A DNA stretch of 64,000 nucleotides from Phallusia mammillata (GCA_965637545.1 OZ281496.1:21576001-21640000); one strand, 5' to 3'; positions 24,303 to 39,000 are shown, numbered from the stretch's first letter. Made by a program: numbers and translations. The notes: a model not told the origin generated them from the letters alone.

Positions 24303-25260
24303 CTTCCAACTAACAACAAGTAACAGTGCATATAATGGTGCTTCTTTAAACTGTACGTTGGTTTAATTGTAACGGTCAGGAAATGATCAGAAAACTACTT
24401 TCTTCACAAACTTACCGAACAAAAATTGCAGACACCGATGGGTGCCTTTAAGACTGAGCCGAAAATCGACTATAGTGCTGACTTTTGAATAAAATATAAC
24501 ATGCTTACGTTGAGTGTTTGTGGTAAATGTCATAGTTTCTTTCCTTTCCTGTCACATGTTTTGAACAAGTGTGAAGGCAAGATGTGTTGTGGACCTAGTT
24601 TCATTGCATGAGAGGAAACACACGGTTTTGTAGACGTGAAAATAGGATTTTACCAAGTCAAACAAAAAATATGAGTCAAAGTTGTTTGTCGATCATGCAG
24701 TTTGTTTCTATGAAATATTTATCGTGTTAATACACAGAAAATAAAACTTAACACATTTTGTTTTCATCAGAAAATGTCCCTTCAGACAAGTCCGACCCAC
24801 AACACAAAAATTCCCACTTGTTTTATGTGTGGTAAATAGTCAAATTTTAAGAGCCATTTCTGCAATCTTGTTCAATATGACATGTCACACTCAATGTACA
24901 CATTCAATATGAAGTTGCCCACTACAATGTTGGCCGCACACACGAAAAGTTAATATTTGACAGTTAGTTCTTGTTAAACTCACATATTGCGTCATTATAA
25001 CTGCATACAGCTTTTGAACAATTGGGTTTGTGGCAACAGATGGTGTGTAGGACAGCCTACACAGAAACGCCAATGCTTATCCTAGCATTTTTCACTGGAT
25101 TGTATGGTTTTGTTTTGTTCGAAACTAGTTGAAATAAGTCCGACATGCAAAATTAAATTAGGTTTAGAAAATAACACAAGGTCGGTACAGAACGTTTTTA
25201 TTGTCAGTGACGACAATTGTACAAAGTTTTGCAGAGAAACAGGAAATTAAAATTTCGTTA

Positions 25261-28200
25261 ATGATGTTGATGGATACCATGGTTCCACAACTCACTGCTA
25301 TATTTAGCTTTTGGAATCTAGTGGGCTTGACAGCTACTCTGCTTTACCTATACTGGTGGCGAAGACCTCACTCAAAATTTCCTCCAGGTCCCAGGGGCTT
25401 CCCTCTGTTGGGAATGGTTCCATTCTTTGGCAAGGCACCAGAACTGGCAATGAAAAAGTGGAGCCTGGAAAAGTATGGACCTGTCATGTCTGTGCGAATC
25501 GGAAGAGATGAAGTAGTTGTTTTAAACACGTTTGATGCAATTAACCAGGTACAAACTTCTAGTGTAAAAATAATGGCAAACAAATGTCAAATACTCTGCG
25601 ATGGTTAATGTTGACGCATTGATCAAACTGAGACTTAAAATAGCAAAGTAATATATTCGTATTTCAAGCTTTGTTAATATGGTAGGAAATTTTCCATCAG
25701 GACCAAACAGTTTTACTGGACAGCTTGAAAAGTGTGAATTGTCTCATGTTTTTATAAAATAAATCGTCCTTGGCGATTTGAACAATGATTTTTTCCTATG
25801 ACAGGCTTTCGTAAAACAAAGTGCTACTTTTTCGGATCGGCCATGGGTCCAAATGTTCTGCTCCCAAACCAAACACAACGGTCTCGTGTTTCGGAAGTAT
25901 GGCGAAACATTTAAAGCGCAGAAACATTTTGCCCTTAAGTACCTCAGAGAGTAAGTATTTGTGGTCTGCAACCTTTTCCCTACACTTTGTGTGTATGAAG
26001 CTTTACTACTTCGAATTAACGAAGAAGGAAACTAAGCTTTCTTTTGCATCGTAATTAGGTGCATGTTTGTGTCTCTTGCACAAAGCGGTATTAATTTCAG
26101 TAATAATTACATCACATTGAGATGTAAATTTGTGGTCTTTGGTTGAAGGGTATAGTGATACTAGCTTAAAACCAAATCGCCTGTCTCGAATATTTACGCA
26201 CTTCCACCATGTTCCGTGCTAAGTTTGCATCTACCAGCTGCAATTTGCAGTCTTTGTGGTTGAAAGTGTTCGTATTATATAATGACCTTGTTAGCCCCGA
26301 AAAATTTAAGAAATCCAGTTATTTTTCAGAAAAGGAGTGGCAAAACGAAAGATTGAACACACATTAAATCAGGAAGGCGATCGATTTCTTGACTTTCTCA
26401 GATCCGTTAGCGATGGACCAGTTGATATTAAGGTAAGCCACAATCGCAAATCTTTTGTACATTTGGTAAATCATCGGTTGATAAAACATCGTTGTAGCAG
26501 AAAATAATTTTATATGCTGATTTGGACTAAGCAACCTATTTGGTTTGACGATTGGCCACCAAAATGAAATCCTGTGATAAACATATTTTCTGTGATAGTT
26601 CGAAGTTGGTCGAGATGACAAAAATTCCTGAATTTGTTTGCTTTGAAAACCGCTGACTGAACTTTGACTCGGGCTGGCAAAAAACGGTCGGGTCATGTTT
26701 GCAGACAATTTTAACTGGGTGTTTTGAAGCTCAAAAAGGAAATATTCGTACATAGGGAATTAATAAGATTAAAAAAAAATGGTCCAATGCTACCAATTAT
26801 GTTGCAAACTACAGCCCAAAATAATTTGTAGGAAAAAGCAAACACTAGTACCAATTTTTATAATTTTAATCAACATTGCCACAATGATATGAATTTAGAC
26901 CTGGACAGTAAACTTCGTCATAAACCAAGCGTTTTTGATCGCCGTTTCTGCAAGCGTGCACTTTAAAAAAATAGCTGACTAGACATCAAATATTGACTCG
27001 TTCGTGCGTCGCGGTTTGTTTGCGACCCATTGATTGTTATTTGCAAAGAGGCGGAGTCATGTTCAAAGTTTGGACGTCTTAAACCACGTATATGCTAAAA
27101 GTGGGTAACCTTTGGCCTATACTTTAGTATGTCAAATATACAGGCTTTTATTATTACTCGTTTAGTACTATGAGTAGTTTTGCGTGGATAAAAAAGGAAT
27201 GATACAATAAGAAAGAACCACCCTGAACAACAACATTGATTTGACCGATTTCCAATAATCGCTATGGTTCTCATTGTTTTCGCTGTAGAAATATTTGTAC
27301 TGGCTTACTGCCAACGTGATATCTCAGACGGCATTGGGAAAACGACATGACTACGGAGACGAAGACTTTCATCGACTTTTGGACACAATGAACGACTTGT
27401 GAGTTCAGATTCTGAAACAACAAATCTTTATTTATCATAAAAGTATGACATTGTGTTTTCTTTAGGTTTGCCGATGACAATCTTTTACTGATAAACTTGT
27501 TTCCATTTTTGGGAAAGTTTCTGCCCCTTAGGAAGACAGTTGAGCGATTCGAAAGCAACATGAAATACATTCTGGGTATTTTTTAACGACGACTTGGCTG
27601 ACTGACAATATTAGTGGCTACGTACATTAAACAGAATTAAGAAGCTGCTTCACTAAAAACGCCATTGATAACAATAGACTATTCAAATGTCACAAAAAAT
27701 GAAGACATTTTATGCCACTTCAAATGCAATTGTGTTTTAGGTAATGGTGGCTGTTAAGTTAAAAACTTCTGAAAAGTCTGAAATTGCATTTTCCGCGTTA
27801 CTAGATACGATGCAGACCAACATCGATGCCCATAGAGAAAACTTCGACTCAGATAACATCGACGACTTTATCGATGCCTTTTTGTACGAACAAAAATTTG
27901 GAAAGAAAAAAGACGTCGATTATTCGGTTAGTTCTTTCAATTGCATACATCATGTAAAAAACCATTGTGAAAGGACAGAGTATAGCATTGATCAAGGTAG
28001 TACACAAATGTGTTTGTCGTTCCTGCAAACTGGCTGTAAATGTTTGACTTTTACCCCACAGCTGCTTTCAAAAGTGTATGGTCTCTGTATGCAAGTTTGT
28101 TTGTTATTGTAGTAATATGTATACATAATACCTCTTTACGTGCTTGGAGTCGTTCACATAAAGCAATGTGCTATATAATGATGTCTGCAATTCGATACTT

Positions 28201-29728
28201 TGTAGAATGAACAATTACAAGCTTTCTGTCGAGATTTTTTCGTGGCCGGATCCGAGACGAGTAGCACGACTTTATGTTGGTGTTTTGTGCTTCTCATGAA
28301 CTATCCAGAATACGAAAAGATCATTCTCAAAGAAATAGACGAAAACCTGGGTAATTTTTTTTTACTTTCAAAAGACGCGTTAGCAAACGACATTTTCACC
28401 ACTTAACTCATCTTTCAGTAGATCAGGTGGTAAATCTCGTAAATAAAGCACAAAAAACGTACGTTGCCTGGCGGACAATGAGCAAACTAAAATGGCAAGG
28501 AGCATACTAATACAGATTTTTAGAAAGAATATTAGGTCGTTTTACCTTCAATACAAAACTGTTTCGCTTTTGATACTGTCGATAATGGCAATGCTGTTAA
28601 ATCGATACATATGCATATGAACATGTACAGATCTGAAGACAAATCGTCTGATTGTAGTCTTGACTCAAATACAATGTTTTAAATCAAAATGAGTTTTGCT
28701 TTCAAAATCAAAACAACTACTCAACATTTAGGATCAGATGGAGTGCCAACTATGGCCAACAGAGAAGACCTGCCAATGACTTGCGCTTTCATCGAAGAAT
28801 GCATGCGATTTAAGACCCTCGTACCCCTCGCAGTTCAACACATGGCAACATCCACAACCAAACTTATGGGACACGTTATACCAAAGGGAACAACGGTATG
28901 ACATACAAAACTAGTATAGTGACTAACTTGCCTGTGGTTTCGTTGGACGTCACAGTTTTTCGACAGAAGTTATGTTGTTAAAGTTGAAGTTTTTACAACA
29001 AACTTGTGGAAGTGTAGAAAGTGAACTAATAGTCTTCCGATATGTCAAAGTAACGTTTTTCCTGATAATAATACATTGTTAAAATGTGATTTTAATTACG
29101 GTCTGAGTCGCTAAAACCGCCCTGCGCAATAGACAATCGTGTACGAATGGCTAGGTACGCCTTGCATCCCTAACGCGTTTGACTTATACTGATCAGTAAA
29201 ATGCAAAACGTTTGTTTGAAACACACTACAGCGTAACACACCATTACATTGTATGTTGTCTGAACGATTCTGTTCCCATTGGGCTTAGATGAAGCAGAAT
29301 AGAATTCAAATGCGTAAACTAATTTTATTTTTGTAATACGTTGACGGGAAAGGACATTCCGTCAAACCTGGGTATAAATGGAGTCCTAACAGAAAAATTT
29401 CCGAAAATTCCAGGTTTACGCCAATCTTCGTGGCGCGCATGCTGACCCAGTGGATTGGCCGAATCCCAAACTATTTAATCCACGAAGATTCATAGATGAA
29501 GGCGGAAAATTCGTTCAGTCAAACAAGCTAATTCCGTTTTCAATCGGCACAAGATTCTGTCTCGGCGAAAGTTTGGCTCGTGCTGAAATCTTTATATTTT
29601 TCGTGAAAATTCTGCAGAAATTCCATGTTACACCAGCAAATGGAGTACCTCCTGATATCAACGATGAAATTGTCTCATTGGTTGTAGCTGCTCGTAGTTG
29701 TGAAGTTAAACTAGAGGCACGGCACTAA
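25261..29728 (+). CDS. Cytochrome P450 copy F, intact, ~500 aa
   Basis: Exons 25261-25548, 25805-25950, 26330-26432, 27289-27398, 27466-27575, 27805-27926, 28206-28350, 28732-28895, 29414-29728 (1503 nt, in frame). AGSETSS, ECMR, FSIGTRFCLG. The exact start Met is uncertain. Confidence 0.92.
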
Positions 29729-31732
29729 TTGAAAGTGGCGCATATATGGAGTGAATGTGTGTCATTCAGACTGCAAGTAAACATTGTATGCTTTGCCAAT
29801 TTTCTACATCGTGTGTAGTCAGGAAAATAGTCATGTACATTTTTAACTACTTTGCCTTCCAACAATTTAGTGTACATTATGTTGGATCTACTTAACAAAA
29901 GGATCATATCAAATATGATACAGTTGACGAAAGTTGGAACAAAGAAATTGCAAATGTGAAATTATTTTTCGTTTGCTGATGCTCAAGCTTTGCTAATAAT
30001 TAAAAGCATATGTAAGCACACTGACTGGTTTTAAGTTTCATTGAACTTCCTTACAGTGCTAGTGTCAAAAATGCCCGAAATCCGATTTACCAAGGTGAAC
30101 ATCCAGCATAAATCTGTGTTGAAATTATACTTGAGGCCGTCCGTGCTCCAAAAAATCGACTCGAACTCTGTATAGTGCTGTATAACTCAGGTACATAGTT
30201 GTGGTGCGAGTCAAATTGCACACACGGGTTGGCGGTTACGGCTTCTGCGTATGTACAGAACGTTAACAAAACCACAAAGCGTTTTACAACGTAAAAATGC
30301 ACCGATCGCATAATATATTATGAGCTTCTTCGACGATTTCCCATTACAGAAAACAGGGCAAACGATTTCGCGTCGTTTCATGCTCCTGTAGATCCGTGTT
30401 AAACACATTAAAGCAGAAAATAACATGTGTATCTAGGTGACAGAAAAACGAGTCAGGCCAACAACAGTCATCTTCCGAATGTTGAAAGGCACCAAAATCC
30501 GCTCTTGCAAAACTTATGTATATTCTGGAAAATAAAATCCGGTTTGCTGTAATTAGTTCTAAACATGATGCAAGAGCAGAAAGTAAGAGTATGCAAACGA
30601 TTTAGGGACACGTAGAATTTAAAACGAACAAAAAATGAACACAAATCGCAGTTAGATAAACCAATGTGATGATGTTTCGTTTTTGTCAAGATTACCTGCT
30701 GTTCTTAAAGTCGATAATGCAATTGTAAAGATTAAAAGATAACTTTACCAGCCAGATTCTCTTAAGTTTTCTATAGCATAATGGTTACACTTAATGGTTA
30801 CATTGAAAAAGGGGCACGATCCAAACAAACTTCTAAAAACCATCCACCATTTTTATTGCCATTCAGAGATAACAAAATATTAATTTGTTGTATGATACAA
30901 GTTCTGGCCAAATTTTAGCAGCTACGCGTTTGATATTTTCAAAAGTGCCCCATATGGGCTACAGACAAATGAGTAAAAGTTTTGCTCTCTAGCGTTACAA
31001 TTTTGTGCTGCTTTGGTTGGCGTTGCACCCGAGAAGGCCTTTGAAGTGACCGCACATGCGTCCTGTGTGAGATTGCTGAACAACTTTACCAGACATATTT
31101 GTGACCCGTAACTGGCTTAGTGAGTCAGCATTTTATGCTAAACCGCATGTAAAAACTTGAGCAACGAGCTGACGTTTTTCTTTTTCTGTATGTGCAATAA
31201 TGTGTGCTGTAGATGAGTTTTTGAAGCTTTATCAGTAAAACGGACAAGCAGCTTTAGCAGGTAAACAAATCCTTACAAGACTTGACTAATTGCAAGTTTG
31301 TTGATTTTCAGCAATAATTTGGGCACAAACGCAAACAAAAACCCTAACTTAATATTACTGATTTTTTCACATCGTTCTAGTCATGCTAAGCCTTGACCAT
31401 CGCTTAAGTTTAGTTGCAGACGAGTAATTGTCAAGATGATGTCGAAACGACTAGACAAGGAAAAAATGCAACGAATGGCAATCTGCCAACGACTCTTCAA
31501 ATACTAACTCTCTAACGCTGAGTTGCGAACGTTGTAACTTGGACTTTCATACAATCTCAATGATTTGAAGTCGTTGGGCAAACAATAGATAGTCAGGTAA
31601 AAGAAAACAGGTCAAAACGCTTTGCTATTACAGTGTCTTCTTTGGAAATACTTAAAACCCTAGCTTGTTACAAAAGGTAAAGCAAAACTATAACCACTGG
31701 CAGGTAACATGTAGGATACCATATCAGGTACG

Positions 31733-34700
31733 ATGTTGCCTGATTTCATTGTGCCACAGTTAGCAGTCATATTTAGCTTCTGGAATCTCTTTGGATTATC
31801 AGTCGCTCTGCTTTACTCATACTGGTGGCGAAGACCTCACCCCAAATTTCCCCCAGGTCCCAGGGGTCTTCCTCTCTTGGGAGTGGTTCCATTTTTTGGC
31901 AAGGCTCCGGGACTGGCGATGAAAAAGTGGAGTGTGGAAAAATATGGACCTGTCATGTCTGTACGATTTGGAAGGGAGGAAGTGGTTGTTTTAAACACCT
32001 TTGATGCGATCAACCTGGTACAATTTGTTCATTTGATACATTTGCGATCAAAACTAAATTGAAGCTCTTACACTACTACATATTTGCTGTATTTCATGCT
32101 TGAAAAAAGTGTGTAGATTCACAAATCATTATTTTTGGTTGCAGGCTCTTGTCAAACGCAGTGCTTCATTTTCGGATCGTCCTTGGGTTCAGTTGTTTTG
32201 CTCACAAACCAACCAGAGGGGAATTGTATTTCGAAAGTATGGGGAAACCTTCAAAGTGCAAAAACACTTTACTCTGAAGTATCTGAGAGAGTAAGTGTGA
32301 AATCGAGTTATGTCGAAGAGCCAACATTTTTGTAATCACCTTAAGTTTAAACGCTTGAATCTTGATAATATTAATCTTGGACGTCTGGACTTAAGATTAC
32401 CGGATCTTATAGACATTACTCGACAGGGTTGAAATTCTGCGGAATTGGTAAAATAACACTTTGTAGCCTGTTTTATTTTTTGGTAAAAAAGCGTAATAAC
32501 AAAGAGATGAATTCAGGCGATGAAACTGTGTTAATTGTTTACAGAAAGGGAGTGGCAAAACGCAAGATTGAAAACATGTTAAATGAAGAAGGCGACCACT
32601 TTGTTGCATTTCTTAACACCATTAACGATGGTCCAATTGACCTTAAGGTACAAGAGACCTTAGCTACACGACAACATGCATGTCTATCGAATAGATTGCG
32701 TCCAAATTATGGCACCAGGCTTTGATATATTGAGAGAAAGCCAGATAAATCAGCCAACCCTGTTACAGTTGACCAAAGACTGCACAACTTAACAAAAAAC
32801 ATTATGTTTGTTGTATAATAAGGGAAACTTAGGCACACTATACACGGACTTGAAAAGTAAATTTATTATGGCTAATTTGTTAATTTTGGTTGCTTAAAGT
32901 TAACTTATTAAACGGCCAGTTTAAAGCTAAACTTTGTCACCGAATAACTAATCTTTTTAATGTAGAAATATTTATTTTGGGTGACTGGAAACGTGATATT
33001 TCAAACAGTATTGGGAAAACGAAACGAATACGGAGATGAAAACCTTGCCAAACTTTTAACGGCTATAAGCAACTTGTAAGTTTATAGTGTTTTAAAGTGT
33101 TGACTATGAGAATTTAGCATTGTAAATCCATAAATATAGCAAATATTTGTGGCAAAATTTTTTTTGTAACAAGAAACTTTTTTTTTGTAACAAGTTTTTT
33201 ATCGTCAATCGCATGGAGGTTACAGTTTACCTAATAAACAAAAGTTCGTCATTTCCAGTTTAAAACGTTTAAACAAGAGAATAACGTTTGATGTGTCTTG
33301 TTGTCTCCCCACATTTCGATTTTAACTTTAAGCGTTTTTTTTGTTCAGCTCTTAGCTCAACTTTTAAGTTTTTATTGTTGTTGTATGATTGTGTGTTCGA
33401 ACATACTTAAAAGTAGTGATCAAACATTAACTGATTTATGATTTGTTTTAGTTGTTCCACATTATCCCTAACTTTGTTCCCGTTGTAGATTTAAGGACCC
33501 ACGCCTTAGTGTTATAAGCCTGTTTCCGTTTTTGGGAAGACTCCCGCCTCTTAGCAAGACTGTGAATAGATTCGAAGAAAACATGAAATACATTCTTGGT
33601 ATGGTTATTGCAATTTAGTTGGCTATACAAGGCTAATCAATACCAATAAAATTGCTGTGTTTGTAGACACAATACAAACCTACATAGACGAGCACAGAAA
33701 AAACTTTGATCCTAATAATGTTGACGATTTTATTGACGCCTTCTTGTACGAACAGAAGTTTGGGACGAGAAAAGACATTGACTATACAGTAAAGTTTTCT
33801 CATATTAAAAAAGGTGGCCATAGCAACGGTGAATAAATACATTAAAAAAGTGATACATTCATTTAAAGAAATTGTTAACGTTTGCAGCTATGACCATCGT
33901 TTTCTATACTTTTCGGTAGGGTACCTTTCTTACCACTACATAGTAATTTGCTACACTGCCTATTTTTCCTTTTAAATTTGGTGCATTCGATTAGAATTTA
34001 CAGCTTATATAATACTTTATTGTAGGACGATCAACTGAAAGCTGCCTGCAGGGACTTCTTTGTGGCAGGGACGGAAACTAGCAGTACTACTCTATGTTGG
34101 TGCTTTGTGCTGCTAATGAACTACCCAGAATACGAAAAGATAATACTCAAGGAAATTGATCAAACGCTAGGTAACGTTTGATTTCCTGTGCTTGTGACAT
34201 ACGTTCACATTAAAAAAAGTATGTTGAGTTAGCATCAGATGGAATTCAATCAACGTACTAGTCGTTTGCAACAAATTAAATACTTCTTTACTATGTTTTT
34301 CATCTCTTGGGTAAACTGTTTAGAAGCATTATTCTTTCCAGCGTGATTGCGCAATCAAAATGTCGAATACAAGCATCTTCCTAATGCAAACAGAGCTTAA
34401 AAGGAAAAAAAATATGTACAAAGCAATGGAGTTGGAAAACAGGACACCAGTCTACTATAAACTCAACAATTTACTTCTATTTTCAGGATTTGACGGAGTG
34501 CCGAGTCACACTAAAAAGGATGAAATGCCTATGACTTGTGCGTTCATTCAAGAAAGTATGAGACTAAAAACAGTTGCACCTCTTGGTGTCAGACACATGG
34601 TAAACTCCACATGTGAACTTATGGAACATATTATACCAAAGGGGACAGCAGTAAGTAAAATTGATTTCAAATCGATCCTATTATATTTCAGGCACACTTC

Positions 34701-35191
34701 TATTTTTTGCAACGAAATGATATTGGAATTTATAATATAGAATTTTAAATTCATTTATCATTGGAAAATAAGTTAAAGCTGCTTTAGGTTATCTAAAAAC
34801 TTTAACAATTTGTTTGTGTTTAACATTTCACTTTTATGTCGCATAACATTTACTGAACGGTGGCCTTTTTATGCAGATAATTGTTAATCTTTCTGGTGCG
34901 CATATGGATCCAGTAGATTGGCCGAATCCCAAAGTGTTTAATCCGCGAAGATTCATAGACGACAATGGAAAGTTTGTTCCTTCAAAAAAGCTCATCCCGT
35001 TTTCTGTTGGAACACGATTTTGCCTTGGTGAAAGTTTAGCCCGAGCTCAGATCTTTATATTCTTTGTCAAAATCCTTCAGAAATTTCGCGTTACCCCTGC
35101 AAACGGTATGCCACCTGATATCAACGATGAAATTGTGTCTACGGTTACTGCAGCCCGTACATGTGACGTTATGCTCAAACCCCGCAATTAA
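31733..35191 (+). CDS. Cytochrome P450 copy G, intact, ~499 aa
   Basis: Exons 31733-32017, 32145-32290, 32545-32647, 32966-33075, 33489-33598, 33667-33788, 34026-34170, 34487-34650, 34877-35191 (1500 nt, in frame). AGTETSS, ESMR, FSVGTRFCLG. Confidence 0.93.
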
Positions 35192-35268
35192 AGGGTGCGT
35201 AAAAGTTTTTTCGTCAATTCCTTTGCTATATCTCTCAAAATCTAACTAAGTAATTTTGTGGTGTATAT

Positions 35269-35750
35269 CAGTGTTTCCCAACCTATGGGTCGCGACCCAA
35301 AGTTGGGTCGCCTGACAATTCTGTTGGGTCGCTTGTTTTTTTTGCAATTGCATTGAAAACCTAAAAGTAGTTGATTTGTTGTATCTTTTAAACAAAATTG
35401 TATGTTTGCAACAGCACACTTTGCTCCTTTAATCCAAAGTGTGGCATAGGCCAGTAGCGGGCGAACTTGTTCAATGAAAGGGTCACAAAAAGAGTCATCA
35501 GCAGCTAGCCGCAAACTCAGTCTGTACAGCTTTATTAAAGCCAGAGCATTACAGTTCATGTTCGGACAACCTTTAAGTTCGAATAAAACGGGTTTGACTT
35601 CCCACATCTGTGTTGTAACTTCACTTCGTTAATTCTAACTTTGCGCATCAATTTAGGGCTTTATTAAAAAAAGATCGGTTTCGGGCTGGGCCCAACTTAA
35701 ACTCGAGCTAGAAAGGTCACAAAACACGTGTTGGCGGGTCGCAGTTTGAG
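35269..35750. mobile_element. Degraded hAT-like MITE between CYP G and H
   Basis: Left end cagtgtttcccaacctatgggtcgcgaccc with repeated gggtcgc motifs. Right end reduced to gggtcgcagtttgag. No TSD found. Confidence 0.55.
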
Positions 35751-36089
35751 GGCAATGTTCGGCTAGTTAATCATTAAATATATGATCTCCTGGTCACATT
35801 ACATAGCGTCATTTGTGTGACACTTGTAATTTGTCAGGCAGGCGTTCCTTATCGTAAAGTGCTACCGTACACGTTTTGTATATTGATGCAATCCTCAGAT
35901 AGTTGAGTTAAAAACTAGTTTTTGTGTGGAAAGAGCAAGGATAAAATACGAACATCAAAGCAATTCCTTTTTACAGACGGTTGGTATAGGAAAAGTAGTA
36001 CATTTGCCACTATTGAAACGTTTTAAGTTGCAGTTGCGTTGCCTGCAAGAAAGTCCGTTGCTAACAAACAGGGACAAAATACATTAGCA

Positions 36090-39000
36090 ATGCTGCTCGA
36101 AGCAGTTTCGAATTTGTCCGCCATATTCGGTTTCTGGAGTCTCCTTGGTTTGGCAGTCACTTTTCTTTACCTTTACTGGTGGCAAAGACCCCATCCAAGA
36201 TTTCCTCCTGGCCCTAGAGGTATCCCTCTTTTTGGGGTGATTTTATTTTTTGGCAAGGCTCCAGGCCTGACAATGAAAAAGTGGAGTGTGGAAAAATATG
36301 GACCTGTTATGTCTGTACGATTTGGAAGGGAGGACGTTGTTGTATTAAACACTTTTGATGCTATTAATCAGGTAAAAAATATTTTGGGTGCTAAGGTAAG
36401 ATTTACAAATTGTTTCTGACCATTTACTAAAGTTTACATATGGATAAAATGGATTTCACGTTTTGTATTGGAACTGGTCTAGTATGTAACAAATGAATCT
36501 AAACAAACCCACTAAAATGAAAATACGTTCATAACTGGGTTGTGTAGCTCGAATATCACTGAAGGATGTAATTTTTCTAGCCTCTGCCTTGTCATATGGC
36601 AATGCTTGGGAAACCGGCTTAACTTGTTAATACCTTTAATAGGGTCAGCTCAGGATGAAATATAATTAAGAGTTGTAATTAAACACAATTTTTTGCTATC
36701 TTTAGGCTTTTGTCAAACAAAGTGCCATCTTTTCGGATCGTCCCTTGATTCCGATGTTTTACGCACACAACAAAAACAACGGCATTGTGTTTCGAAAATA
36801 CGATGAAACTTTCAAAGCGCAGAAACATTTTGCACTCAAGTTCTTGAGAGAGTAAATGTTGTGGACTACTAGAGGCAGTAAAATAATTTTAACATACTTA
36901 ATTCCTTGCAGAAGTGGAATTGCAAGACATAAGATTGAGGGCGTGCTAAACGAGGAAGGGGATCGATTTGTTGAGTTTCTTAAATCTCTTAACAAAGGTT
37001 CTGTTAACTTCAAGGTAAAATAAAGTGGGACTTATTTTACACTTGTTGAACCAGGAGCTGGGTGGAAAATATAAAGTAGTATCTCCCTGATTTTTTCACG
37101 CGCATATAGCGTCCAACTCTAAAACATTAAAGTATGCTAAATACACAGTATGTCAATCGAAGTTATATAGGCTCAAGCGACTTAAAAGCATTACAAATAC
37201 AGATTTACCGTGTTCCGCAACAGTTTGTGAGCAAAGCTTTGACCCATTAGGTTAACACACTAACTGCAGTTAACAATAAACTGTTCTGTTTTCATTGGCC
37301 AAATATGATGGCCAAACATTAAATACGTTGGAAATATATGGGTATATAAAGGCCAAGGATGTTGTCAGAACGTTTGACAGAGTTGTTATGAATCAGCTTG
37401 TTTTTTTACAGAAATGTTTTTACTGGCTGACTAGCAACGTCATTTCTCAGATTGCGCTTGGCAAACGACACGAATACGACGACAAAGATTTTCTTCGTCT
37501 GTTGGACGCAGTGAACAAGTTGTAAGCAACAATATGATTTTACAGTTTCCATTTGTATAAACACGGGGCTAGCTACGCATATGGGAGCCGAATCATTTGC
37601 CTAGGAGGGCAAGTTTTAACACATACAGACGTACACTTACATCGATGGACTACGATGGCATGTAATTTTATGTAATTTAAACCTAAATTACTCTACGATG
37701 AAAAACAAACACGTTTTATTGTACCATTTTTATGTTCGAAATACGGAACGGCTGAGATAATTGAAATAACACCAGATATGCAAAGAAGGTAGACATCGTA
37801 AAACTGGCTTCTTTAGACATACACTGACTTTTTCTCCTTGTATAAGTATAATACTGTTTAATATTTCAAGTAATACTCTTTTTGTTAAGTACAATACATT
37901 CAGTTTTTCCACAATATATGTTACTTATGAGGAAAATTGAAATTCCAGTGGTACTGGCGCAAGTGCCCCCTTTTGCTCTTAGGTGCGGGCGCCCATGGCT
38001 TCACAAAAACAAAATAAACAACACACACATCCAGTTCTTTAAACAGTAGGTTCGGTTGTGCAATGAATCAATGTGGACCTGCACTCATTTCTGATCTCTA
38101 GCTGGTGTATAAAGCAACATTGCCTTCAATACCTTTGTTCAATAAATTAATGAAGTAAACACGATCATGAGTACATTTTAACATAAAGTGCATATGTTTC
38201 AGATTTGCAGATCCAAAACTTCCCATCGTAAATCTTTTTTCTTTTTTGGGAAAAATCCCTCCCCTTAATAAGACTTTAAAATCATTCCTGGAAAATGCAG
38301 CCTTCATTCGAGGTATGTCTAAGCACAAATAGCACATTGGACTTGAAATTTAAATTTCTCGATTTATTAATCACAGATGCCATGAAAGCTTATGTAGATG
38401 AACACAGGACGAATTTCGATGCAGACAATATCGACGATTTTATCGATGCATACTTGTACGAACAACAGTTCGGAAAAACGAAGGGCAAACACTTCTCGGT
38501 TAGATATTATACATGCACCGCGCCTAGTTTAGACCAAAATACTCTCTTGGAGTTACATTCCTAACTTGCAAAACAAGTGTCGGCAAACAGGAATAGTCAA
38601 ATAAAGTAGTACAACGGCAGATTCATGGCAATAAAGTGCATGTTAAATTTTCACCTGCTCCAGTTTTTCTTGTTAGAATTTTTTTGTAATGTGGTCCCAC
38701 GATGTAGAACTTTTTTAGGACATGCAACTGCAATCCGCGTGCCAAGATTTGTTGGTAGCAGGGTCCGAGACAACCAGCACAACATTATGCTGGTGCTTTG
38801 TGTTACTAATGAACTATTCGGAGTACGAGAAGATTATTATGAACGAAATTGACAAATCACTCGGTAAGTTGATTACCAAAGGAACAAAATTGAAAGTTGT
38901 TTTTGATGTGGAAAACAAATTTGTAACTTGCAGATATAAAATCTGTATCACAAAAACATCAGATATATGTGCAAATATACAAAAAAACGAATAGTAAACA

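Noticed and set aside
37564-37995. Possible non-autonomous transposon in CYP H intron 4 (GC-rich ends)
   Set aside because: The ends are not inverted repeats of each other and no TSD or second copy is in the window.
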